Below, one piece after another: positions 13,384 through 25,749 of a DNA stretch of 64,000 bases. Numbering within the stretch: the stretch's first letter is position 1; each line of letters begins with the position of its first letter. The notes beneath the pieces were generated by a model that was given only the letters and a program-made list of their open reading frames with translations, had not been told where the DNA came from and searched no databases. The DNA is from Epiperipatus broadwayi (taxonomy: Eukaryota; Animalia; Onychophora), in the NCBI GenBank assembly GCA_028023455.1, contig JAQFVV010000003.1, positions 26,536,001 to 26,600,000 of the forward strand. Direction: 5' to 3'. The position numbers and the translations under genes are program-made.

Positions 13384-16146
13384 CTACAAAGACAAATATT
13401 TGATTTATTATTTTTTTATTAATAAGATTTATTAATTGTACAAAAAATCAAGAGAACAAAATTAACAATTGAAAACAAAATCAATAAAAAATATTTATTA
13501 TTTACATGTGATTGTATCTGATTAGTAATAACATTAAAATTTGACTTATTAATGATGCACACAATAGTTTCTTAAGATGTTCATTAATAATTTGTGCTCG
13601 ATGTTTTGATTTTATAAGCTTCATTGATGATTCAAAGAATGCATTATCTCAAAAATTGACATTAATTTATAAGCAGTTTCTTTTAAATGAGGATACTTAT
13701 GGCAATAATTCTTTATTTTTCTGAATATAAATTAAAAATAATTACCTATATTGCTCCAATAAATTACTGTAAAAAGTTAATGTTCAAAAATCAAAAAAAA
13801 AAAAGAAAAAGAATGCCCTCAACAACATTTGAATTAAAACTGTACAAAGAATAATAATATCACTAGATGAAATTCCAAACAAAAACAGCAGTCATGTTCA
13901 TACAATGCATTATATTTCCAGGAAATGATAACAGTAAAATCATAAGATGATGTACATAAAGAATCATTGTTAAACTGCCAATGCAAAAAAATAAAGCATA
14001 TATGGCTTCAAAATAAAATGAAAATACATCATACTAATATAAATTATATCATGATTTTATTTCAAAAGTTCCATGAGAACCACATTGGACTATCTAAAGT
14101 AGCAGTTTCCGACCTGTGGTACATGTACCTGTTGGGGATATGTGAAAATATCCATAATGACAGAAAGCAAAAGCAATAAAGTATTAAAATTAAAAAATAA
14201 AAACAATCTTATAATTTAGTTTTACAAAGAGAATTATAGCACAAATAAATCATATCCAGATATCTCATCTCTATATAAGAAAATGGGCATGGATTTGAAA
14301 GCTCATTTGAAAAATCATTATTAAAAATTTTTAATGTAAATTTAAATTGAAACTCTTCATTATAATATAAATATTCATATACAATACAAATATATCAACT
14401 TTATGTTTAATTCTTTCTTTCATAATTTTTTTTTGTAAAAACAAAATATTACAAAATTTTAATGTATTGACTATTATATAATGTTTTATATTAATTTACA
14501 ATTACACAATCACACAAAACTTTCAAGATCAAAACTGCAATTGAATTATTAGGAGCATCTTTACAACTAATTTATGAAAACAAATCAATGGAAATAGTAA
14601 TAAGAATGTATAAACGAAATTGATAAAAAGTCCATTTTATGTATTTTACCTTTTACTGTTCTTCCGTATTAAGTATGTGCTTGTATTGGTATATGATGTT
14701 CAATAGAAATTACAACATTAAATACTAAAAGAAGAATTATGTGGGGTAAAATTTTTGCATTGTGAAGTCTAAAATAGTTTTTACAGTTTCAAATTATTTA
14801 TATAAATATTGAAAGCTTAAAAGTTCTGCATTTTTACACTTTCAAATTATTTGATAAATATTAGTGTACTTTTGATTACTGCTGTGTTAACATGTCATGG
14901 AAATGCAGCAAAAACTTAGAGAGTGCAATAGGTTTTATTGGGATTGCATTATGTGAAGAAGATGAAATGGAAACTAAAAAAAAAAAATAAGTCAATGGAC
15001 TAAAAATTTTGTAAAAATAAATATTTTTACAAAATAATGAATTTACATAACACGAAATATTTTGAATGAAACCTTATTTCCCCAAGTTGTTTCTCAATTC
15101 CTTCAATTAGTTTTTCTTTAACTTCTCTTTTGTAACTAATTTCTTTTGAGTAAATTTTAATTGTTTGGAAAACTTCTGAGCAATTATCAATGAGCAATTA
15201 TCATTCATTAATTTACAACTTTTCATGTTTAGATCCTCTGTTTTAATTTCCAAATTGTCATCATGCTATTTTTTAACATGCATTATTGATTTTTTCATTT
15301 CCAGCCAAAGAATTTTGTCTTAATTTTTCTGTTAATACAGAAATTATAATATACAAAATATACTATATTTCTAATAAATTTTCATACATCTTATGTTTTA
15401 AAATTTTATATTTGTTGGACTTAATGTCCTTCAAAAAAGTAAACATATTTCCATTAATTTTTTGTAAAGATGATATTTTTCATTTGAATAATTCATTTTT
15501 CATTTTTAATAAATTCAATCAAAAAAATTTTTCACGATGTGAGCACTACAAATAGCAAAGAAACTGTCAAATTATTTTAGAAAGCTTTTAAGCTTTCAAA
15601 TTATTGTTAAAATATGTGCAACTTTTCCAACATTCTCATCAAACCGCAAAAAAAAAATTGAAAGTTTTAAAATTATTGTACAGCAATCATTTGCACTTTC
15701 AAATGGCTGAAAACTTTTAAGATTTCAAATAATTGTATCAAATAATTAGAAAAAATTTGAAAGGTAAAATGGCTTTGGGAGTGCTGTTTTCAATTCAAAT
15801 TAAAAAAAATTAATAATAAGTTTTCAAATGAGAACTTTCAAAACTGTACACATTTTTTTATATGGAGATGAGACACCTGTGTATTATTTATCTGTGCTAT
15901 AAATGTAATAGCTTGCTTGGGAAGTGATTAAAAAAATAGGATAGACATGTTCCTGCTAATTTTTAATAATTGGGTGTCATTAGCCAACTATCATATTTTG
16001 CGATCTTTTTTTTTCTACAAAATTTTCTTAAAAAGCAATTGAAAGCAGATATTTTTTCTATTAAATTTCATGTGATTTAAGTGCTTAATTAGCTTTTTTT
16101 AAAAAAAATTCAAGTAAATTTTTAAAATATTATTTTGTGTCCTAAA

Positions 16147-18068
16147 ATGGACAAGTGGCTGAAAACAGGAACTCTTAAAGGAACTACAACTAACTTTGAA
16201 AATCAATCCATTGAGTCAACAGTGAATACTTCGAAGCCTTATGCTAATTGATAGGCACAAGGTGATAAGCTGTAGTGACTGGTGGGCCTGTTATGATAAA
16301 AGTAAAGTTAGCATTATTAAATAAGCTCAAAATATCAGTGTTCTACCTAAAAAGATGAAATATTCTGAGGAATACTTGAAATATAGGTTTTTATTCACAG
16401 GAGATGCCGACTATTTAAAGCCACTACATTGTTTGTGGAGAGATATTACCTAACATTGCCATGAAACCATCTTTATTAATGTGCCATTTACAGGCAAAAC
16501 ATCCAATTTATGTAGAAAGAGATGTCAGTTTTTTCCAGCGACTATTAAGTGGCTCGACTCTAACTTCTTTTGTGCTATCTGTCAACAAAGACAATGAAAA
16601 TGTAGCTGATGCATCATACAAAATAATTTACCATATTGCTAAAAGTATTAAAAATCATTCATTTGCTGAAAATTTGATATCTTCATATATTAAATATGCT
16701 GTTCCATGTGTGTTTGGTGATGACCATGTCTCAGAAATTAACAATATTTCATTCTCAAATAAATCATCAGTAATTGAGAGAAAGAGTCCCTTTTCTGTAC
16801 AGGTAAAATGAAAGGACTGATGTTTCACATTTGTCAATTTTTCTTATTATTGCAAGCCATTTAAATGATAACATTCTTGAGGCAAATCTTTTATTGTGTT
16901 ATTCTCTTTTAGAAAGATGGACAGGGAGAACATATTCAATGCCATTCAGGATTATTTTTGTAAAAAAAGAAATTGATTGGTTCAATTGCTGTGGTGTTTG
17001 TATGGTTGGTGGAAAATCTATGGCTATTATACAGGCTTATGTGGTCATACTAAAGAAAGCACTCATCACATAGCTTGGAATCATTGCTCTATACACAGAC
17101 AATGCCTTGCAACTAAATCCCTGTCACATTCATTTAAGGGATGTGCTCAATCAATCTGTAAAAGCTGTCAATTTTATTAAAACCAGTTCCACAAAGTCCA
17201 GACTATTCAACTTTTTGTGTGAAGGTATAGAAAGCATTCATACAACATTGCTTTTGCACACTGAAGTGAGGTGGCTTTTATAAGGAAAAGTACTCAAATG
17301 GTTGTTTGAATTGAAACTTGAAGTGCAAGTTTTTTTTAAGATCATCATTATGAATTAAAGTACTGTACTAAGTTTCATAAAACTGAATGGCTTCATCAAC
17401 TTGCTAATTATCTGATATTTTTCCAGAAATAAATAAACCTAACTTAGGCTTATAGAACAATTCCACAACTATCTTTAAAATAACTGGCAAAATGAGGGCT
17501 ATGATTAAGAAATTAGATTTTTGGGAATGTTGTTTCAATAAAGAGCTGTGTGAAGTTTTTGAGATACTTCACAGTTTGTGAAGTTTTTGAGATACTTCAC
17601 AGTTTCTTATCTGAGAGTGAGCTGAAATTGTCAAAAGAAGTAAAAATAGTATATCTCACTTAAAAGGGATACAAAGCAAAATAGTGAAAATAATTGGATT
17701 TCAAATCCATTTAATAAACTGTTCTTTCAGCAAGCTGGAAAATTATCCATATCAGAAAAAAGAAAAATTGATTGAACTTTTGACTGATTTTTCTTTACAA
17801 ATGTGACTCCAAAAAGCAAAATGTCATTGATTTCTGGGCAGCAATCAAAGAAGGGTACCCAGTTCTCTGTGAGAAAGCATTAAAGTATTTATTACTTTTC
17901 ATGAGTACACAACTTGTTGAATCAGCCTTTTTATCCTATGCTTATTTGTTAAGAATAAACTCCATAATAAATTTAATGTGACTCCTGATACAAGATTGTA
18001 TCTGTCTTCATTTGAACCTGATTTCAAAAAAACTCAGCTCAATGAAACAAACTCAAGGATCACATTGA
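16147..18068 (+). pseudogene. Disrupted hAT transposase (ZBED5/Buster-like)
   Basis: Motifs MDKWLKTG, MKPSLLMCHLQAKHP, HCSIHRQCLA, LLLHTEVRWL and a terminal QTQGSH*. Many stops and frameshifts. Confidence 0.9.
17549..17604. repeat. 28-bp tandem duplication whose unit is itself a hairpin
   Basis: tgtgaagtttttgagatacttcacagtt occurs twice. tgtgaagt and acttcaca are perfect 8-bp inverted repeats. Confidence 0.85.
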
Positions 18069-19404
18069 AATTATTAAAAAGAGCTATATTTGAAGAATTG
18101 TGTATATTAAGAAAAATCATTGATTATTTGTTTGAATTTTTATTATAAATGAATGTGATCAAAAATTTATTTTAATGCTTTTTTTTTATTTCTTTTTGCT
18201 TAAAACTGAAATGAAATGTAACATGTAAAATAATAATTAACTAAATTTTATCATTAATTTGACTTGTTAATTATGTAGTTAATCTAAGAACATTATACAA
18301 TATAATAAAAAAAAGCCATGTTGTTTGTGTAGAAGAATGGGCAGTGGTCTATGAGAGGAGAGTTACTCATAAATGAAAAGCCTAGTCAAGGGTTACCAGA
18401 AAGAAAAAATGGGAATCCTGATCTGAAGAGACATATATGACTGGTGACCCACAGTTTTGTCAGGTAGTCAATTTTTAATCCTGTTAATGTTTGATTATCA
18501 TGGCACTTGTATAATATAATAATTACATGCTGACAAAGAAGTAACATGAAAAAACAGTTTGAGATTTTAAAAGATCCTATTTTTTGTGGACTGAAGATGA
18601 TTATCTATTATGATGGAAATGTTTTATAATTTGAAGAAAAACTGTCTCATGTTATTACGATCAGATATTTGTGGATACTATGTGACATATAAACATTAAC
18701 ACAATTGTTTTATTCAATTGAGCAAATGGGATTTTTTTTTAGTGTAGTTTTTTTTATTCTATTATAGACCATCTATTGTAAGCTTAAAAAGTCAACAGAC
18801 CCTAGGTAGTATTGTTTTTTATATCCATATTCCCAGTCAAGTTTCTAATTTTTGCCTCTGTAAGAAAATCATGTGGGTTTTTTTTCCGTGAGAATCAATC
18901 CAGGCTCTTGTAAGTTTTAAACTTGCTCCTCAATCTTTTTTGTAAACTATACTAGGCACTATAATTTATTTCTATTATTTGACAAATATTCAGTTATACA
19001 TGAGTTCATGTGTCATTGGAATGCTAAAATTGTAGTCTGAGTGTAAGATCAAAAGACTTTTTTATATATATCCATAATGAAATTAAATTCAGAAATAGTT
19101 TTTCCTCTTAAATATCCTCCTCTCACCACTATTGTGCTTTAATTAAATGAAATCAGTGGTTTTTAGATACTAATTAAAAATATGATAAAAATACTCCATC
19201 CCTCCATTTTTGTTTAGCTAAAGTGAAAGATACTTTTTAATCTATTATACAAACTTTTGTTCTTTACATTTATGGCAGACCCACACAAAAACAACAGAAA
19301 GAAACTATTTATAAATGAAAAATAACTTTTTTTTACCTAATGATAAGTTAAATTATAATATATAATTAATTTATTCATTCAGTATACTGAATATTTATTT
19401 GTTA

Positions 19405-19638
19405 CAGTAAATAGTGAGATTTGAACTTATAAATTTCAGTCTATATTCATCCTCCACTCCATCTCAAACAACCACTGCACATAATCACACACATGTAAAA
19501 AAAGATAAATGATTCCACATATACATACATAGGGCAGAATCAGCTCTCATCAGTTGAGCCAGATCATAATCTCCCACACATATATACAATCAGTGCTCAG
19601 CTTATATTAAGATAGCAATTCCTTAAGCGTTAATGGAC
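19405..19638 (-). mobile_element. Hammerhead-bearing element, subfamily 1, 5'-truncated copy with decayed ribozyme
   Basis: Reverse complement of 19753-19970. CUGAUGA is at 19553-19547 but GAAA is lost. A B-box-like aagttcaaatct is at 19428-19417. Confidence 0.8.
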
Positions 19639-19659
19639 CGGATATATGGGTATGGCTAT

Positions 19660-19980
19660 AATATCAAATCTATCAAGGGCTTTGAGCATTTCATTATTGG
19701 TTTTTCAATGAAATAGACTTGAATTGTTGGAAGGGTGAGAAGACTGAAGTCTGTCCATTAAAGTTTAAGGAATTATTATCTTAATATAAGCCAAGCATTG
19801 ATTTTATATATGTGTGGTAGATTATGACCTGGCCAACTGATGAATGTTGGTTCTGCATGAAATATGTTTATTGGGGATAATTTATCTTTTTCATATGTGT
19901 GGTTATGTGTATCCGTTGTTTGAGATGGAATGGAGGATGAACACAGACTGAAAATTCTAAATTCAAATCCTTCTATTTAC
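19660..19980 (+). mobile_element. Hammerhead-bearing element, subfamily 1
   Basis: Aligns with 40434-40790 and 55160-55485. It contains the HHR at 19833-19874 and a downstream tRNA-like module ending ttcaaatcc (19970). Confidence 0.85.
19833..19874 (+). ncRNA. Type I minimal hammerhead ribozyme (core intact)
   Basis: ccaa(19833-36) CUGAUGA(19837-43) helix II augUUGGUUCUGcau GAAA(19859-62) uauguu U A17(19870) uugg(19871-74). Confidence 0.75.
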
Positions 19981-20084
19981 GTAATAATTTATTTTTATCA
20001 TATTAATTGTAAAATAATTATATGTAAAAAATAAGGTATGACAAACTAGAATAGGCATCAAAGTGAGATTTTAATATATATACA

Positions 20085-20422
20085 TGAAAAGAAAGTTACT
20101 GTTAACACTAACTGAAATAATCATACAAATATATAAACCATTATACAATTACAATCGTACAACTTCAACAAAGTGGTATCATTTTAAAGTTCGCTATTAT
20201 AGAGTTGACAAAGATTATGTTGTGGAAATGGGGTAGAGAATATTATGGGTAAATTTAGAGTGGGGAATGTAAAATAAAGTGGCTGACAGGTTTATCTGGG
20301 CATAATTGCTGAGATATTCTTGACTTCATTTAAGGAGAAGCCATAATACATCACATCAATAATGGTTTATATATATGTATGATTATTTCAGTTAGTGTTA
20401 ACAGTAACTTTCTTTTCATTTA
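20085..20422. mobile_element. MITE-like inverted-repeat element interrupted by a LINE 3' fragment
   Basis: catgaaaagaaagttactgttaacactaactgaaataatcatac...aaaccattat (~20085-20143) is inverted at ~20359-20422. The internal segment 20156-20200 recurs at 20590-20631. Confidence 0.6.
20199..20357 (+). mobile_element. Severely 5'-truncated copy (3' end only) of the esterase LINE at 32370-36457
   Basis: atagagttgacaaagatta...gggcataattgctgagatattcttgacttc...aaggagaagcca...acatcacatc matches ~36295-36457, including the (cacat)n tail. Confidence 0.9.
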
Positions 20423-22140
20423 TAGTTTGGGAGGGCTATTTAAAGATTAAAATTAATGTTTAGTTTGTCTTTAATAAGTTTGTAAACATGTTAGTTTATT
20501 AGCAAAATTTAAGATCATTTGCTTATTTAAAATGTTATGCTCTGTCTATGTTTGAGTTGGTTTGTATTTCAGTATTTAACATCGTTTAGCGTACAACTTC
20601 AAAGTGGTATCATTTTGAAGTTCGCTATTATTGAGATATAGATTTTTAAACAGAGGGCGTTACTGGATATTTGTAATTGTATAATGGTTTATATAAATAT
20701 ACATGTATTTTTTTTTATTTAATACTTTTTTTTTCTATAACATCCATTATTTTGGTTCATAAACCATTTTAAATAATTCTAATAGCTTCATCAATAAATA
20801 TAAGACGCAGATTTTAAGACTTAGCTCAAACACCAAAATTGATTTAGACTCGACCAAAAATTCCCAAAGACAAATAATGAAGAAGACTTGTTCACTTGTC
20901 AACTGAAGAGGATTTGACAATTTTTTAAATTATTTTACTCCCAATCTAATACTTTTTACATATCTATTGATTGACTAATATTAAGTGATTAATGGAATTT
21001 ATTACAGCCGGTTGTTTGAAAGAATAATCTTAAGTCTAATCGAAGTCTTAAATATTTAAATTACTAGCATGGATTCAAACCCCATGTCAATGTAAATAAT
21101 AGATATATAATAATTATTCGAGCACATACAAAAATTCTGAAAATGTGTCTGCTTAGCTAAAATAATAATTATTGTGTTACCATACAATTTAAAGATATAT
21201 TGATGCTAATGTGAAAACTTTTTTTAGGAGGGGGAGAAAGTACTTCACTTTCTTTATTATCCTTCCTGTATAACTATTAAATATGTGCATTTAAACCTTG
21301 TTGACATCTGACTTTATATAAAATCAATTTATTCACTTGATTAAATAGCAATGCTAACTGATTTTCATGTGCGATCTAATGTCAGAGGTCAACATAGCTA
21401 ATGCAAAAAAAAAAATCTTGATGTTAGATTTATGGTGTATATATATATGTAAAAAAGAAAATAGCCAATTGCAAAACAATACAGGTTGGTGAGCTTTTAT
21501 GGTTTTTATTTTTTATTTTATTCTCATAATAAGAATAGCCCATTTTACTTACAGCCTCAAAAATGTCTAGGATTTAGCCAGATTCAAACTCCAGTTATGT
21601 ATATATACTCTTAAAATTATTATATTTCAAATTTGTAGCTGTTATACATTTTGATGAATAGTGACAGTATAAATAGACCAATTTCCTTGCTGGCAATGCT
21701 CATTTAATTCCAGGAGACGGAAATTTTATATGGTACTACCCCCGTCCCGCTAATATTTAAAATTACATAAGTAGGTCAAAATTTTTAACATTTTAGGACA
21801 ACATTACAGAATGTTTTTAACTAATAATTCATTTCAACATTCTTGTAGTAACACTCTTTTTTTTATCTTGTGTATTTTTGTTTTTTTTTTTTTAAAAAAA
21901 ACATTACTAAAGTGACATCATGCTAGTTATGAATAGCGTTTTGCTATTTGACAACCAAGATTTTATTTTGTCACTAACATATTCATACAAGAGCACTGAA
22001 ATGTTTTATTTTTTACAGTGTGTGCTATATATATATATGCATATATTATCAACAAGAAAGAAGGCCCTTGATTAAATTATTTGACAAGAGGATACTACAA
22101 TCAAGTGTTAGTGTTTGATCCTTATTATCTAATATAGTGA

Positions 22141-22212
22141 CCCTGTATGGTTTAGCGCAGTGGTAGAGTGTTAGACTCTGGAAGAATCCTCAGATTGATT
22201 CCTGTTCTACCT
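22141..22212 (+). mobile_element. tRNA-derived SINE head (not a functional tRNA)
   Basis: A-box TAGCGCAGTGGTAGAG and degenerate B-box cagattgattcc. No intact cloverleaf. Confidence 0.55.
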
Positions 22213-24300
22213 GTTTTTAAACTTTTTATGAACTTATGAACAATAAAACGATTTGATTTTTTCAATCTAATATACTATTGCTTGATTTTTTTCTTAATAC
22301 AATTTATATTAGTTTACTTTGAGCAGCATTAAATTTATTAAAATTTAACATATAAATAATTATATAATTAATCCTTGGAATGACTAGTGACATTTAAACA
22401 CTCGAGTTGTTGTTTGAGCATAAAAGTGAAGATGCCATATATATATTATTTAATATATTTTTTAATTGTTCAATAGATTTCACTATTGACTGAAAAAAGT
22501 TTATCTACTAGTTGAAACAATATTTATTTTTATACAAAATGAATACCATTAATCTGAAACCCTTGGGTTTTTTTTTTCATATTCATAATTTTGTCAATTT
22601 GAACAAAGTCACTCAAATACATCCTGTAATTATATCTGGAAAAAGAGAAACTGATTAAGTATCTGTACTTATTGATTTTTTAGTGTAACTTAATATAATA
22701 TATTAACATAATTTATTTAGTAAATATTTATTAAAAAAGATTAATTAAATAAATAAATTTAATACCACTTGATTATGAGGAAATTTTACATTATATATGT
22801 AGCAGAAAATTTGGTAATGAAAGTTTCAATCTTTTTATATGCTCTTTTGTAAATCATGGTTTTTGAACATATATGCTAATATAAAAGTGACCGAATATTT
22901 GATGATTCACAGCCATTGTTTTTCTATTGACATTTTGAGCATAAACAGGATAGAATTGCAAACTGATAAGTTGATGTGATATTTTTTAATGTTGTATATC
23001 ATAGTCTATGTATTTGTTTTACATCATGATGGTGAAAATAAAATTGAAAGCATATCAAAAATGAATCCTTGTTTTTATGTTGGCATTTCATTAGAGTTCC
23101 TCAATTTTTGGGGGGAAAAACCCACATGAACAAATTTTTAATAAAATGTATATTAGATAAAGAAATTTGCCAAACCTTAATAACAAAAAACATCTGGGAT
23201 TAATGTACATTTTTATTAAACAAATTTAAAAAACAACAGCTGTAAATTAGAAAAAGACAAAAATTCAATGCAATACTTGTTGTTTTTTGTTTTTTTTTGA
23301 ATTGCTGATTTTTGTAATATTAATTTTAAGAATTTGTGTGGATATTGATGTGTCATTCATAAATTGATTTTTTATGTTATGTATTTCACTTTATTAAAAA
23401 AGCATCTACTTCTAAAAATAGATATTTTTCTGCCTATCTCTTTAACCATGAATAGTTAGTCATAATAGTCGCAAATAAATCAGAATAAAGATTCTGGCTA
23501 TTAGTTTTCATTGAAAAGCATTGGATTCCATGTATATTCTCAGTAGCCAATAATATTTTTTTTTTTACTCATAAGATAATGTCTGGAAAATTTAGAACAT
23601 TAGCAGGTTTTTTTTCCAAGTCAACTTATTTATAGTGATATATAGTTTTGACACTAGAATAGTAACTATTTATTTTAGTGATACCAATAAATCACTTGTT
23701 AATTACAAGCATATTTGGTAGGCAAGTTAGTTTGATTCAATTTTTAAGTCATTAGTTTGATATAGATAAAAGATTTAAAAAAGGACTGCTAAATGTGGTT
23801 CTCACTAAACAAGACCAATAGCTAAAAGATCTTCAACTGGAAATTTGGATGTCACTACCATATGGTGTCCATTGATTACTCATGCTTACAATTAAATAAA
23901 ATTTAAATAAATTAATACATTCAATTATTACTCTTATTGTAGATGCTAAATGTAAGTTGGGAAAGTTTTTGTTTAATGATTTTCTCTGTTTGTTTTGTCA
24001 GCCACTAGAATTATGGCTGAGATAAGAGGTTTAATGTAGAAACTTTTCAAAACATACTTTTGAAATAAATTGTGTACCAAGACCCTAAAATAGTTTGCCT
24101 AAAATCATATATCTTCAAGACAAACTCTTGGTAAAAATGCATGAACATGCTATTTTTTTGCAGTCTATGAATTATACTTTACAGCAGATATTGTATGATT
24201 AACAGATAAACAAATATTTCAAATATATAAAAATATATTTATCAGTGTTATATATATATAATATTATAATTCAATGTCTGTATTTCTTCAAATCAATATA

Positions 24301-24796
24301 CGTAATCTTATAATTGAATATTTATAAATACAGCCTAATTAGATATATGTAAAGTATAACTTTAAAAATTTTATCCACTTAGGAGTGCTTACGACTATCC
24401 TCATACTCTTTGTCAACTAACACTTTGAAAGGCTAACCTTCCCACAATTCTGTGATCTTAGCATTTACTGCCTGTCTGTTAATTAAGTCTTGTTTATATA
24501 AAGGCTGACCTTCCCACAATTCTGTGATCTTAACATTTGCTGCCTGTCTGTTAATTAAGTCTTGTTTGTATGCCTATCTGTTAATTAAGTCTTGTTTGTA
24601 TTATACAAACAAGACAATTAACAGACAGGCAGCAAATGTTAAGGTCATGCAATTGTGGGAAGGTAACCCTTTCAGTGTTAATTGACAAAGTCTATGAGAA
24701 TGGTGAAAGAGCTCTTTTAAGTGGATAAAATTCTTAAAGTTATACTTTACATATGTCTAATTACTGTATTTATAAGTATTCAATTGTAAGATTACA
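24301..24796. mobile_element. Foldback/MITE element, almost entirely palindromic, with internal tandem duplications
   Basis: The left arm from cgtaatcttataattgaata pairs with the right arm ending ...caattgtaagattaca. It is flanked by TA on both sides. A ~70-bp duplication (24431-24570) and a 30-bp duplication (24541-24600) lie next to the centre. Confidence 0.85.
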
Positions 24797-25749
24797 TATA
24801 TATATATATATATATATATTTACACCTAATAGCATGCACTTTTATTTTATATTTTTTATTCATTATGAATTTGAAACTACCTATGAACAAAGTAAAAGTC
24901 TAAATTTTGACAGCAATAATAAAATTTGTTTCAAATTAGGTTACCTTTTGAAAGTTACTCTTATTAAAGAGGATTTAATAGATATATTGACAGTTAATTC
25001 TGTCATCACATATTTTATTTATAACATTCAACAAAGAGTAAAATTAATGAATAGATGAATAATGAAAAATTAAAAATATACTCAAAGGGAGACATTTAAA
25101 GAATATATATATGTTATATTTTATATTAAATATTTTTTTAATTATCAACAGTTCTTTTAGAAAATGTTTTTTTTTTTCCTGGCTTATTAATTATTTTCTT
25201 TACAATATATTTTTAAACACTTAAGTATGAAAATTACTAAATTTATTTTATTATCATAACTTATCTTACTCAAATTAAAGAAACCCACAAATGATTAACT
25301 GAATAATAAAATATTTGCACTAACATGATAATCCAAAACAAAATTTAATCTCTCTGTTTTTACTGTTAAATTATGCTGAACCAAAATAAAGTTTATAGTT
25401 ATTGGATAAATATATTGAGCGTTTTTTTTATAATTAAACGAGAATTTGTTTTTTTTTTAAATATTATTAGTGAACTGGAATTGATTGTGAAAAGTTCATA
25501 TTGTTTCTTGGAATTATTTGTTTATTTTAGAAAAGCAATAAAATAGTATGTATCATATAAATACAATGTAAGATAATTTTATAATTTCTTATATTTTCAT
25601 TAAAAATTTGAATTATATTTAACAAAAAACTTGGAAAATAAATGTTAAGAGTATTCATAATAACTTTTTGTATTTTCCAAATGTTATTAAATTTCTTTCT
25701 GTGTTCGTATATGTAAATCGTCTTTCATGGAGTATAAGGTTATCAATTA

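Larger units (their letters stand above)
14100..18420 (+). mobile_element. Complete but decayed hAT DNA transposon (Buster/ZBED5-like)
   Basis: 5' TIR-like tagcagtttccgacctgtggtacatgtacc at 14100 and 3' end gggttacc...aaaaaatgggaatcctg at 18420. The 8-bp TSD is atctaaag (14092-99) / atctgaag (18421-28), with the central TA typical of the Buster group in the left copy. Confidence 0.85.

Noticed and set aside
9185-15555. Short AT-rich ORFs (60-91 aa) in the 9-15.5 kb region
   Set aside because: They have low-complexity F/I/L/K/N composition expected by chance at this AT content and contain no motifs.
16365-16381. ctgagga...gaaa hammerhead-like motif
   Set aside because: It lies in hAT transposase coding sequence (YSEEYLK) and forms no helices I-III.
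22141-22212. tRNA gene
   Set aside because: The A box is present but the acceptor, anticodon and T stems do not form. It is a SINE head.
24431-24600. CRISPR-like repeat array
   Set aside because: The context is eukaryotic, the repeats are adjacent duplications without unique spacers, and there are no cas genes.
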